NCBI GenBank assembly: GCA_038141825.1
Contig: JAYQIV010000005.1
Span: 31,268-95,267, forward strand
Direction of reading: 5' to 3'
DNA from: Cryomorphaceae bacterium
GTDB taxonomy: Bacteria > Bacteroidota > Bacteroidia > Flavobacteriales > Schleiferiaceae
DNA length: 64,000 bases
Both the position numbers and the translations under genes were made by a program. Below are positions 17,410 to 26,698 of this stretch, one piece after another; the first letter of the stretch is position 1, and every line of letters begins with the position of its first letter. The notes under the pieces were generated by a model. The model was given only the letters and a program-made list of their open reading frames with translations. It made no database searches and was not told the DNA's origin.

Positions 17410-19020
17410 TCGCATCACGTGCACGGCGTGCCTAACGACTATTTCCCTTTCTTGGCTGTAGGCGTTGCTCACCTCAATCTCCAAGAAGTATACCCCTGCA
17501 GCTACTGGCGCACCATTAAAGGTGCCGTCCCAAGATTCGTCTGGGAGGTAGGATTCATAGACTAATTGGCCCCAACGATTATAAATGCGCTGATGCAACT
17601 CATCCGCATTATCAGAAAGGATATCTAAACGATCATTGACCATATCTCCGTTGGGCGTAAAGAAATTTGGTACCGTCATCGTAGGATAGAACGCCACCTC
17701 TTGACATAAAGAATCTACACAACCGTCCGCAGTGTAGAGGTAGGCGCAAATGGTTTGGGGTTCTGGATCCAAAGACACAGGATCCATGCTCACTCCCTGT
17801 GCACTCGAAGCTACCATCCAAGACATGTTGTTCACGGTAACATACAAGCTATCATCAGGTCCCGAGGTCGGAAGAGATTCGAAATACACATGTAATGCAT
17901 TGTTTTGATCTGGATCTAAGACCCAAGTCCCATTCACTACATCACTCCCCTCTCCGTAAAAGGTTAACGAGTCCAATGTTCTCGTATAGCCCACACGCAT
18001 CGAAGGCAAGGCCACACTGTCCGTACATCCCTCAGTGGAAGAGGTGATCAAGTATCCGCTGTAATTGCCCGAATCCACCAGACAATGTGTAAAGGTCGAA
18101 GAGGTATCAATTGTTCCGTCGCTCAACACCCATTGGTAGTTCAATAATCCCAAGGAATCTAAGGCATTGTCCAAGGTAAAGCACAGGCTATCACAAGCAA
18201 AGAGCGAGGTAGAGTCTAAGAATATTTGGGCATCACTCTTCGGGGCAATCCATACAGTATCGTAGGATTCGCAATTGTAGTGGTAAGAAATATCATCAAT
18301 ACCAAAGTCATTTCCTGCCAATGCACTACTGAGCGTTACCAAATTAATGGTGGCACTCCCGGAAGCTGGGACCGTGAAGGTACGTGTGGCTTGAGACCAA
18401 GATCCTGTTGAGTTTGGCGTACTGACCGGATTGCCTATGTTCGTTCCGGCGAGTTTTAATTGCAAAGATCCAGGCGGGGTCACAAAGGTCAGCATCCACC
18501 ATTTTACGGTCACTTGGACCCCAGGAGGAAAACTCACAATCTGGCGCCAAAGGATTTTATTTCCCCCGGTCGACCCGTTCACTAACATGTAATTCCCAGT
18601 ACCCGTGGTATGATCCCCCCAACTTCCAAAATTTGGATGTACAGAATTCGGATTAGGGCCTACGGCGTACGTCCCCTCATTCCAAATGGAAGTGGCATTG
18701 TAGGTGTAGGCAGTTAAAAAGCCCGTATTGCCACTGGAGAAATTACCATTGGTGGCCATTTGACTGATTTGGCTCGTCCCTTTTACCAACACATACGTGG
18801 AGGTATCCGATAAAATAATATATGGGGACGCACAGGTATCACAGCTCAACGAGGCGTCGTGCGACCATAAATATTCATTTGAACCGGATGCGCTCAGGAA
18901 TATCGTATCCCCGACACAAGCCGTCAAGGAATCTTGTCCCACGGCAACGGTGCATTGCGCGTTTAAGGCACTGCCATAACAGACAAAGAACAGTAGAAAG
19001 ATAGCCTGGAGTTTCTTCAC
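17407..19020 (-). CDS. T9SS type-B sorting domain (gliding-motility-associated C-terminal domain) secreted protein
   Basis: Signal MKKLQAIFLLFFVCYGSALNAQ. The C-terminus reads PNFFTPNGDMVNDRLDI...IYNRWGQLVYES...WDGTFNGAPVAAGVYFLEIEV. Confidence 0.8.
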   Translation of the reverse strand: MKKLQAIFLLFFVCYGSALNAQCTVAVGQDSLTACVGDTIFLSASGSNEYLWSHDASLSCDTCASPYIILSDTSTYVLVKGTSQISQMATNGNFSSGNTGFLTAYTYNATSIWNEGTYAVGPNPNSVHPNFGSWGDHTTGTGNYMLVNGSTGGNKILWRQIVSFPPGVQVTVKWWMLTFVTPPGSLQLKLAGTNIGNPVSTPNSTGSWSQATRTFTVPASGSATINLVTLSSALAGNDFGIDDISYHYNCESYDTVWIAPKSDAQIFLDSTSLFACDSLCFTLDNALDSLGLLNYQWVLSDGTIDTSSTFTHCLVDSGNYSGYLITSSTEGCTDSVALPSMRVGYTRTLDSLTFYGEGSDVVNGTWVLDPDQNNALHVYFESLPTSGPDDSLYVTVNNMSWMVASSAQGVSMDPVSLDPEPQTICAYLYTADGCVDSLCQEVAFYPTMTVPNFFTPNGDMVNDRLDILSDNADELHQRIYNRWGQLVYESYLPDESWDGTFNGAPVAAGVYFLEIEVSNAYSQEREIVVRHAVHVMR

Positions 19021-19126
19021 GATTTGAAGATAGCAAAGACTCTCGAAACTTAGCCTAGAGGCTTCCTCACAATGAGTAAACGATTGTGAATAACATGCGA
19101 ATGAAAAACTGATATTTATCCTTGTT

Positions 19127-19175
19127 TAGAATGATTCTAGATAATACGTTTGTACTGTTATTTAAAATCATTCTA
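19127..19175. promoter_or_regulatory. Fur-box-like palindromic operator candidates upstream of the TonB-dependent receptor
   Basis: TAGAATGATTCTA (19127-19139) is a 6+1+6 palindrome. The half-site recurs as AAATCATTCTA (19165-19175), just before the GTG start at 19180. The AATGAT/ATCATT cores resemble Fur boxes. Confidence 0.25.
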
Positions 19176-19179
19176 AATA

Positions 19180-21304
19180 GTGTACCCCCTCCTCCTATCC
19201 ATAATCTTCTCCGTACCCGCGGACACCACCTTACCAGCTCCGGTAGAGCTTGAAAGCATCACCATTACTGCCGCTGCGAACGACCCGAACAAACACATCA
19301 CAGGGTCCGCCGTCGTGCTCAGCCAAAAAGAACTCATGCTGTTCGACCATAGTGATGCCAATACCATCTTGCAAAACCAGCCCGGTGTATATGCCCAACA
19401 AGAAGACGGTTGGGGCCTTCGAATGAACGTAGGTATCCGTGGCACCGGCACCTTGCGCTCCTCAAGAATCACCCTCATGGAAGACGGTATTCTCACCGCT
19501 CCTGCAGCCTATAGCGCGCCTGAAGCCTATTATACTCCTGTGATTTGGAAGTATGAACAAATAGAAGTCCTCAAAGGCGCTGCTCAAATCATTACAGGTC
19601 CGCAAAGCACCGGAGGAGCCCTGAATTTTATCACTCCTACCCAAGAAGGCGACGGACAGGAAATTCTCGTGGGTGGCGGCACATTTGGACAACAGAAAGC
19701 CTATTGGCGTGGACAAAAAGCCTGGGGCAAAAAAACACAAATCCAATATGGCGCCTACCACCACAGCGCCGACGGTTTTGGTCAACTCCTACATAGTACC
19801 ACAGGGGGGTTCAAACTTCAAGACGGATATTTTAAGGTCGTACATCACCTCGACGATAAGGACCGCCATCACTTGCATTGGTTGACCGCAGCCACTCGAG
19901 AACATTCCCAGCAAACCTACCTGGGCACGACCCTCGACCATGCCATCACCCAACCTTCTTTGCGTTATTTGGCCTCGGCAAATGACCAAATGGACATGGA
20001 CCGATTGATGAATAGATTGGGCTACACCCTCAACTTTAATCAAGGCTTCTTCCGTGCCGATCTCTACCGTCAGTATGTACATAGAAATTGGTACAAACTC
20101 GATAAAGTAAACGGCCAAGGCATTGCCAATGTGCTTCAACATCCCACAGACTATCCGGTTGAATTCCTGGCCATACAAGGACTACATACGGATACCGCCC
20201 TGGCCACCTTAAAGGCTAACAATCGTTATTACATCAGCCAAGGGATTCAACTGCGCGGCCAATGGAGCCAGCGCCTGGAGCGCAACATCCTAAAACACGA
20301 GGCTGGCCTGCGTTTTCACTACGACCACGCGGATCGTTTTCAGCACAGTGATAGCTACAGCATAGTTGGTGCGCAAATGGCGCTTCAAAATCGCGGCGCC
20401 GAAGGCGCCGCGGGCAACCGCATCGATGCGACGAGCGCGGCGAGCGGGTATTATAGAACGACTTGGACACGCGGAAGCTGGAAAGTGCAGGCCGGCGGTC
20501 GCAGTGAGCTCATCTTTGCCTCCCGCGAAGATTTCGGGGCTGCAGATCCTGAGCGTACTGGAATAAACGCCAGCGCCCGAGCCAACCGCACCCTCATTTT
20601 CCTACCTGGAATGAGCATTAACAAGCAAACCGAACAGTGGAATATTTTCGCCGGCATCCACCGCGGCTTCACTCCTGCAGGCTCCAAAGAAGGTGTCCTT
20701 CCCGAGCTTAGCATCAGCACAGAATTTGGATTGGAGCACACCCAGCGTCCCCTTCAGCTCGTCGCCTTCCATAGCGCTTATGATCGATTGCTCGGATCTG
20801 ATGCTGCCAGTGCCGGAGGTAGCGGTAGCGGAGAACTTTACAATGGAGGTAGCGCTCAGATTTCAGGAGTAGAGGGCCAATTCTCTCATCAATTCCACCG
20901 CCACCAGTTCACCTTCACCGGTACTTGGACACGCGCTGTATTCACAGAATCTTTCTCAAGCGAATTCGATGGATGGGGCAATGTGGAAAAGGGCGATGTG
21001 CTCCCCTACCTCCCACAAGGTCAAGCCTCTCTGCGATACGATGTTACAACTCAAGCCCATCAACTTCAGCCTACAATCACAGCTTCTCGGAGCGCGTAAA
21101 TCTTCTGCTTCTCTTGATCATTGGGATCTCCCCGCTGCCTTTGTGATCAATGCCGCAGCCAGCATTCCCGTGCGCCCATCTACCACCTTGAAGCTCAGTG
21201 CACAAAACCTGACCAATACGAGGCATGTAGTGGCGGCACGTCCAGCGGGTTACCGAACGTTCGCCCCTCGAATGCTCCTGCTCACCTTGCAGGCAAAATT
21301 TTAA
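19180..21304 (+). pseudogene. TonB-dependent (siderophore-type) receptor, frameshifted near the C-terminus
   Basis: Plug region ...VVLSQKELMLFDHSDANTILQNQPGVYAQQEDGWGLRMNVGIRG...IEVLKG. The canonical C-terminus ...RPAGYRTFAPRMLLLTLQAKF lies in the +1 frame (ORF 20969-21304), with the junction near the C-run at 21055-21058. Confidence 0.7.
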
Positions 21305-21310
21305 AGGAAC

Positions 21311-21338
21311 TCCCGGGCGCTCCGCGCCCGGGATTTTT
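21311..21338 (+). terminator. Intrinsic terminator
   Basis: 10-bp stem TCCCGGGCGC-TCC-GCGCCCGGGA followed by T5. Confidence 0.75.
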
Positions 21339-23340
21339 ACCCCAACCTTAGGATATCACTATAGACCCCTCTGGCCGTCACTTCAGCTCCGGCGCCAGCT
21401 CCCTGAATGACCATAGGATGATCGCCATAGCCTTCGGTATAAATCTCGAACAAACTATCCGACCCTTGAATGCCGCCCAGCGGTGAAGCTTTAGGGACTT
21501 CTACAAGGGCGACGCTCAACGTGGCTTTGCCCTCATCACTGATGGCAAGGTCTCCAACATAGCGCAAGACATGGTCAGGCGCTAACTTTTGTTTGAGTGC
21601 ACCATAGTGTGCATCCAACGTTGGAAAATGAGATTTGAAGGCATCATACGGCACATCCTCCTGACATTCTGCAGGGATGAGGTTTTGAATGCTTACATCG
21701 CTCAGCTCGGCGCGGACATCGACCGTTCTTGCGAGGATGAGCAGCTTGCGGGCCACATCCATCCCATTGAGGTCCTCGCGTGGATCCGGTTCAGTATATC
21801 CGCTGAGTTGCGCTTCGTTCAATACGGATGTAAAGGCACGATCTGATTCGCTGTAGGTGTTGAATAAGAAACTCATTGAACCGCTAAAGACTCCCTTGAT
21901 GCGGGTGATGCGGTCGCGACTGTGGTGCAGCTGCAATAAGGTATCTACCAACGGCAGTCCTGCGCCCACATTGGTCTCATACTTGAAGGACTTGCCTTTG
22001 CGTTCGAGTAAGATGCGTAGGTCATCGTAGTACTGCTGGTCCCGCGCGTTAGCCTTTTTATTGGAGGCTACTAAATCACAACCGCGCTCCACGAAGAGCG
22101 GGTAATAATCTGTCAGAGACTGTTCTGCCGTATTATCAACGACCACGAGGTTGGACAAGCCACTTTGCGCCAGTACTTCAGCAATGCGCCGTGGATCGTT
22201 ATCCTCGGTACTTTCTGAAAGCAACGAGCGCCAATCTTCGGGTAGGCCTTGAGGGGTAAAAATCGATCGTTTTGAATCTGCCACACCGATGAGTCGGATG
22301 TCCAGCTTGCGCTTCTCACGGACGTGGGAACTACTTTCCAATACCTGACGTATGAAGGTGCCGCCTACCAATCCTTTCCCAAAACAGAAGACGTTCAATT
22401 GTTTGAGCTGACCCAGGAGCTGGCTGTGTACAAGGTCTAGTGCTTTCTTCTGCGCACCGCCGTTGAGTACCAACGAAATCTGATGACCTTCAACACTATT
22501 GGCAATCAAGTGCAGCCAAATGTTGTTGCGACGCAATGCATAAATAGCGCGCTCCAACGCATAATTGTGTCGTCCGATAATATTTAGGATCGTAAGGCCC
22601 TCGGTAATGGAAACGGTGGCTTCTTCCTGCGCAAAGGCTGCCGCTAGGACGGTTTGTGCCCTTGAGGCTTTCTCTTGATCGACGACCAGGCCTAAGCTGC
22701 GTTCGGAGGAAGCCTGACTGACTAATCGGACATTTATACCCTCTTCCGCCAATACTTTAAAGGCACGCGCATCTACCCCAGCGACCCCTTGAAAGGCCAC
22801 GCCGGTGAGGCTTACTAAGGCTACATTCGGGATGTGGCTGAGGGCCTTCACGCCGCGATCGCTGCCTTGCGCATTAATGGTCGTGCCGACATGCTCATGG
22901 GCGTGGAATACACTGCGGATATGTAATTCTGTTCCGTGTTGTTCTAACAAGGCCAACGCCTTGCGATCTAGTACACCGATACCCGCTGCGGCCAATTCCT
23001 GTGCCTCTTGGTAATTCATTCGCTCAATGATCTGAGCGTGCTCCACAATGCGAGGGTCTGCCGTGTAGACTCCCTTCACGAGAGTCCATTGCTCGACGAC
23101 ACTGGCGCCCAATTCTTTTGCCCAAAGGGCCGCCTTCACCTTGCCTTCACCGCGCTCGTAACTGCGTGCCTCCAGTTCAAAAGGCACTGAAGACAACGCA
23201 CCAAACAACGCCTCAACATGCGCCTGTGGAAAAAGGATGAAGGTGTTCTCACCGTCGCGCTTTTTTAAAAGTTCTACGGTTTGGGTAACGGCCTTTTCAT
23301 CCGTGAAAATATCATGGGTTAGTTGTACGATTCTACGCAT
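21337..23340 (-). CDS. Homoserine dehydrogenase fused to ACT domains and a shortened, apparently degenerate aspartokinase-like N-terminus
   Basis: 667 aa. The C-terminal half is HSDH-like (FGKGLVGGTF...NVGAGLPLV...). The middle has ACT-like repeats. The N-terminus keeps only ...VKGVYTADPRIV...MNYQEAQELAAAG and has no KFGGTS-type motif. Confidence 0.75.
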   Translation of the reverse strand: MRRIVQLTHDIFTDEKAVTQTVELLKKRDGENTFILFPQAHVEALFGALSSVPFELEARSYERGEGKVKAALWAKELGASVVEQWTLVKGVYTADPRIVEHAQIIERMNYQEAQELAAAGIGVLDRKALALLEQHGTELHIRSVFHAHEHVGTTINAQGSDRGVKALSHIPNVALVSLTGVAFQGVAGVDARAFKVLAEEGINVRLVSQASSERSLGLVVDQEKASRAQTVLAAAFAQEEATVSITEGLTILNIIGRHNYALERAIYALRRNNIWLHLIANSVEGHQISLVLNGGAQKKALDLVHSQLLGQLKQLNVFCFGKGLVGGTFIRQVLESSSHVREKRKLDIRLIGVADSKRSIFTPQGLPEDWRSLLSESTEDNDPRRIAEVLAQSGLSNLVVVDNTAEQSLTDYYPLFVERGCDLVASNKKANARDQQYYDDLRILLERKGKSFKYETNVGAGLPLVDTLLQLHHSRDRITRIKGVFSGSMSFLFNTYSESDRAFTSVLNEAQLSGYTEPDPREDLNGMDVARKLLILARTVDVRAELSDVSIQNLIPAECQEDVPYDAFKSHFPTLDAHYGALKQKLAPDHVLRYVGDLAISDEGKATLSVALVEVPKASPLGGIQGSDSLFEIYTEGYGDHPMVIQGAGAGAEVTARGVYSDILRLG

Positions 23341-24316
23341 GGTAAAATTCTAATATTTCTTTTGTAATCTGTTCATATTCAAGTAAAAAGCCGTCGTGAC
23401 CGAAAGCGCTTTGGAGCACCTTTAAACGGCCTTTAGGCAAGGCGTCTGTCAAGGTTTGTTGTACGGGAATTGGGATCAAAACATCGCTATCAAAACCCAG
23501 CACTAAGGTGTTGATATGGAGGCTTGCCAAAGCGTGCTGAGTACCGCCTCGACCCCGACCGATGTGGTGGGTATCGAGCTGCTGCGTCAACCTGTAATAC
23601 GACGGCGCATCAAACCGACGCACTAATTTCTCCCCTTGGTAACGGATGTAAGAAGGTGCACGATATTGGTCCAATTCCTCCAACGAGTCCTGCTGCGCAG
23701 TATTGAATTGGGCCGTTGTTCTATAATTCAACATCCCTATGCCACGGGCCGCTTGCAAACCCTTCGAACCGTCCCCAGTCCAAAGCGTAGCATCGGCCTC
23801 CATCGCCAATCGCTGGGCCTCGTGAATGGCTTTGTTCCATGGCATCTCCTCTGCCCCTGTGGCCAACAAAATCATATGGTCCACGGATCCTTCGAAGCCC
23901 AAGGCGAATTCCAAGGCCTGGTAACCTCCAAAACTCCCGCCAATGAGGGTGTGGATGTGGTTCAGGCCGAGGTGTTGCGCCAATAATAATTGGGCATTTA
24001 CCGTATCTCGTACCGTCAAAATGGGGAAATCTTGCCCCTCTAATGCGTGGTTTCCCGGACTGCTCGAACCGTAGGGCGATCCCAATACATTCGCACATAC
24101 TACAGCATATCCCTCGCCATACAATCCTTTTGGGCCGAACAAACCCGGCCACCAATCCGTCGGATCATCATTGGCCGTCAAAGCATGAAACACCCACACC
24201 ACAGGCTCTTTGAATAGGTCTCCCTTTGTGCGGTAATGCAGCACCACATCTTTTAGTTCGCCGCCACGCTCAAGGGAAAGTTTAGGAATATCTAACTGGT
24301 GTGCTTTCATCGACAC
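23333..24316 (-). CDS. metX: Homoserine O-acetyltransferase
   Basis: Alpha/beta-hydrolase with nucleophile elbow GGSFGG and a MetX-like N-terminus (LHYRTKGDL...VVWVFHALTANDD). It overlaps both neighbours, by 10 nt and 8 nt. Confidence 0.8.
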   Translation of the reverse strand: MSMKAHQLDIPKLSLERGGELKDVVLHYRTKGDLFKEPVVWVFHALTANDDPTDWWPGLFGPKGLYGEGYAVVCANVLGSPYGSSSPGNHALEGQDFPILTVRDTVNAQLLLAQHLGLNHIHTLIGGSFGGYQALEFALGFEGSVDHMILLATGAEEMPWNKAIHEAQRLAMEADATLWTGDGSKGLQAARGIGMLNYRTTAQFNTAQQDSLEELDQYRAPSYIRYQGEKLVRRFDAPSYYRLTQQLDTHHIGRGRGGTQHALASLHINTLVLGFDSDVLIPIPVQQTLTDALPKGRLKVLQSAFGHDGFLLEYEQITKEILEFYHA

Positions 24317-25473
24317 GCTTGGTTAAAATCTTCAATCAAATCAGCAACGGTTTCCAAACCGATACTAAATCGAAGCAGTCCGTCTGTAATCCCTACCGCC
24401 TCACGCACATCCTTCGCCGTCTTAGAATGGGTGGTAGACGCAGGATGCGTGGCAATACTTCGAGCATCGCCCAAATTCGCGGTTAAGGAGAATATCTTCA
24501 ATCCGTTCAAAATGGTTCTTCCACGCTCTATGCCCCCTTTGACCACCACACTCACCATCCCGCCACCGGCGTCCATCTGGGCTTGTGCAAGGGCGTATTG
24601 AGGATGTGATGGCAATCCAGGATAGATCACGCGCTCCACGTCCGGATGTGTTTCCAATGTCTGGGCAAAGGCCAAGGCGTTGCTGCAATGACGGTCCATA
24701 CGAACCGCCAAGGTTTCTAAGCTCTTACTCAACACCCATGCGTTGAACGGCGACATAGATGGTCCCGTACGACGAATAAATCCATAGCAAGCATCCACAT
24801 ATTCTGCCTTGCCTACAATGGCCCCGCCTAACACTCGGCCCTGACCGTCGATCCATTTTGTTGCGCTGTGAATGATCAGGTCCGCTCCAAACTCGCTAGG
24901 TCGTTGCAAATAGGGCGTGGCGAAGCAATTGTCCACGGTGTAAATGAGGTTATGTTTTTGACATAATTGGCCAATAAAGGCTAAATCAATGAGGTCAAGC
25001 GTAGGATTTGTAGGAGTTTCAAAGAACACGAGCTTTGAATTCGGCTGTACTGCCGCCTCCCATTCCTCGGGATTCCTGGCATCCACAAAGGTGCAGGTGA
25101 TGCCCCATTTCGGGAGGATTTCATTCAAGATATAGGTACTGTTCCCAAAAATGGCGCGTGCCGCAATGATGTGATCTCCCGCTTGCAGTAAGGCCGCAAA
25201 GGTGGTAAACACGGCATTCATCCCAGAAGCGGTCGCCACTCCGGCTTCAGCCCCTTCTAAGGTGGCTAGCTTGCGCGCAAACTCGTCGGTGTTGGGATTA
25301 GAAAATCTACTGTAGAGATTGCCTTGTTGCTCCCCTGCGAAAAGGGCCGCTCCCATTTCAGCATCGTCAAAGGTGAAGCTCGAGGTTAAGAACAACGGTG
25401 CACTGTGTTCGCGGTGCTGGCTCTGCTCGATCTGGGTTCTTATGGCCCTGGTTTCAAATCCTTTCCCTTCCAT
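24307..25473 (-). CDS. PLP-dependent O-acyl-homoserine sulfhydrylase (MetZ/MetY family)
   Basis: TRAIR...EHSAPLFLTSSFTF...YSRFSNPNT...VDNCFATPYLQRP..GADLIIHSATKWIDGQGR contains the PLP lysine. The start MEGKGFE at 25471-25473 overlaps the OsmC stop by 1 nt (TAATG). Confidence 0.8.
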   Translation of the reverse strand: MEGKGFETRAIRTQIEQSQHREHSAPLFLTSSFTFDDAEMGAALFAGEQQGNLYSRFSNPNTDEFARKLATLEGAEAGVATASGMNAVFTTFAALLQAGDHIIAARAIFGNSTYILNEILPKWGITCTFVDARNPEEWEAAVQPNSKLVFFETPTNPTLDLIDLAFIGQLCQKHNLIYTVDNCFATPYLQRPSEFGADLIIHSATKWIDGQGRVLGGAIVGKAEYVDACYGFIRRTGPSMSPFNAWVLSKSLETLAVRMDRHCSNALAFAQTLETHPDVERVIYPGLPSHPQYALAQAQMDAGGGMVSVVVKGGIERGRTILNGLKIFSLTANLGDARSIATHPASTTHSKTAKDVREAVGITDGLLRFSIGLETVADLIEDFNQACR

Positions 25474-25880
25474 TAGGCACGTTTTAAAATGAGTTCTACC
25501 GGACCTGATGCCTCGAGCACAGCATAGGCGCTGCAATATTTTTCGCGAGTCAACTGGGCCGCGCGTTCTAAGACCTTATCAGAAGCATCGGTATCCACCG
25601 TGATGGTCATTTCAATCTTAGAGAAAATCTTGGGCAAGGTCTCGCGTCGTGCAGCAGTAACCTCAGCCTTGTAATCACGAATGGCATGCTTGCCCTTCTT
25701 TAAAATGTGTACGATATCAATAGCGCTACAACCGGCTAATGAGATTAACATCAGCTGCATAGGGCGAAATCCTTGATCGTGACCGCCGAACTCTTCGGCA
25801 GTATCTAAAATCATTTCATGCTGGCCTGCGGTGGCTTTAAAGCCGAAGGCATCGTCAATTCGTTCTAAAGAAATTTTCAT
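25473..25880 (-). CDS. OsmC family peroxiredoxin-like protein
   Basis: 135 aa with two conserved Cys contexts (LISLAGCSAIDIV and REKYCSAYAVLE), typical of OsmC/Ohr. Confidence 0.8.
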   Translation of the reverse strand: MKISLERIDDAFGFKATAGQHEMILDTAEEFGGHDQGFRPMQLMLISLAGCSAIDIVHILKKGKHAIRDYKAEVTAARRETLPKIFSKIEMTITVDTDASDKVLERAAQLTREKYCSAYAVLEASGPVELILKRA

Positions 25881-25941
25881 ACTTCATCAATTTTTGTTGA
25901 AGTACCAGAACGACAGAAAGAAAAACAGAATACTGAGTTTC

Positions 25942-26041
25942 GTATCTACCTCCGCAATGTGCGAAGAGGAATTAGCACCTTCTTGGTCGACCAAGGGTTG
26001 CTAAGGTTTCATCGGGCCTTTCCCTCCACCTTTCTGGATAC
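25942..26041 (-). promoter_or_regulatory. SAM-I (S-box) riboswitch
   Basis: The minus strand reads GTATCCAGAAAGGTGGAGGGAAAGGCCCGATGAAACCTTAGCAACCCTTGGTCGACCAAGAAGGTGCTAATTCCTCTTCGCACATTGCGGAGGTAGATAC. Helices P1 (GTATC/GATAC), P3 (CTTGGTCGACCAAG) and P4 (CCTC..CGCA/TGCG..GAGG) are present, as are the conserved cores GGTGGAGGGA, GGCCCGATGAAACC, GCAACC and GGTGCTAATTCC. Confidence 0.85.
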
Positions 26042-26091
26042 CTCAAATGTCAAAGGACATCACAAATAAAAGAACTAATTTTTATTTGCCC

Positions 26092-26697
26092 TTATTCCAT
26101 TGGCGAAATTTTATAAAAAAGGCCAAGGCCTGTTACCAGCGGGTTGTAGCTCACCCTCACGGCCCAGTGATCAGAGAGATACACATCTGCCGTGGCATTT
26201 GCTCCGAGCAACGTTCCTCCCCCTTCACCTTCCAAAGGTTCCAAGGTTGGATTGAGTAAATCATTGACGTCGTGATAGCCACTAAGCAATCCTCCTTGAA
26301 TACCGAGAGTAATTCTTTCATGAGGATGGACCCGGAAATCAATACCCGCCATAAAGGCAATCTGACGCCAAGAATTCCACATCACGCTCTGGATGAGGTC
26401 CAGCTCCCATTGTTCATTTTTCGATACGGACAAGGGAATACGAGTCGTTAAGAGCGGCAAATCGTGGTTAAACCCATAGAACCAGCTGGTATCGCGAAAG
26501 GTAAAGGCATAGGTACTCTGACCGGGAAGGTTTGACGGATCTGTCCATGTGCCGTCCACTAAAATCCAATCCTGTTGGGTAACCCCTAAATCTTTGTGAA
26601 ACGCTCGAAGATACCCGAGCTCAATAGACCATTGCTGTTGGGCATGGGCATTCCAACCCAAGAGTAAGAAGACCCATACCGCAATGCAATGTTTCAT
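26092..26697 (-). CDS. Hypothetical secreted protein, possibly a small outer-membrane beta-barrel
   Basis: Signal MKHCIAVWVFLLLGWNAHAQ and an aromatic/Gly-rich body. It begins 1 nt after the SulP stop. Confidence 0.5.
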   Translation of the reverse strand: MKHCIAVWVFLLLGWNAHAQQQWSIELGYLRAFHKDLGVTQQDWILVDGTWTDPSNLPGQSTYAFTFRDTSWFYGFNHDLPLLTTRIPLSVSKNEQWELDLIQSVMWNSWRQIAFMAGIDFRVHPHERITLGIQGGLLSGYHDVNDLLNPTLEPLEGEGGGTLLGANATADVYLSDHWAVRVSYNPLVTGLGLFYKISPME

Positions 26698-26698
26698 G

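Noticed and set aside
19131-19182. Alternative ATG start (19131) for the TonB receptor
   Set aside because: It is in a different frame from the receptor body, so using it would require an additional unverified indel in the C-run. It is noted in the findings but not annotated.
23721-24155. 144-aa alternative-frame ORF within metX
   Set aside because: It is on the same strand but out of frame with a well-supported MetX. The Arg/Gly/Pro-rich composition is typical of a shadow frame.
25881-25941. Intrinsic terminator as the SAM riboswitch expression platform
   Set aside because: Only a 3-4-bp potential stem (CAG..CTG) precedes the T-run, which is too weak to call. The regulatory mechanism is left open.
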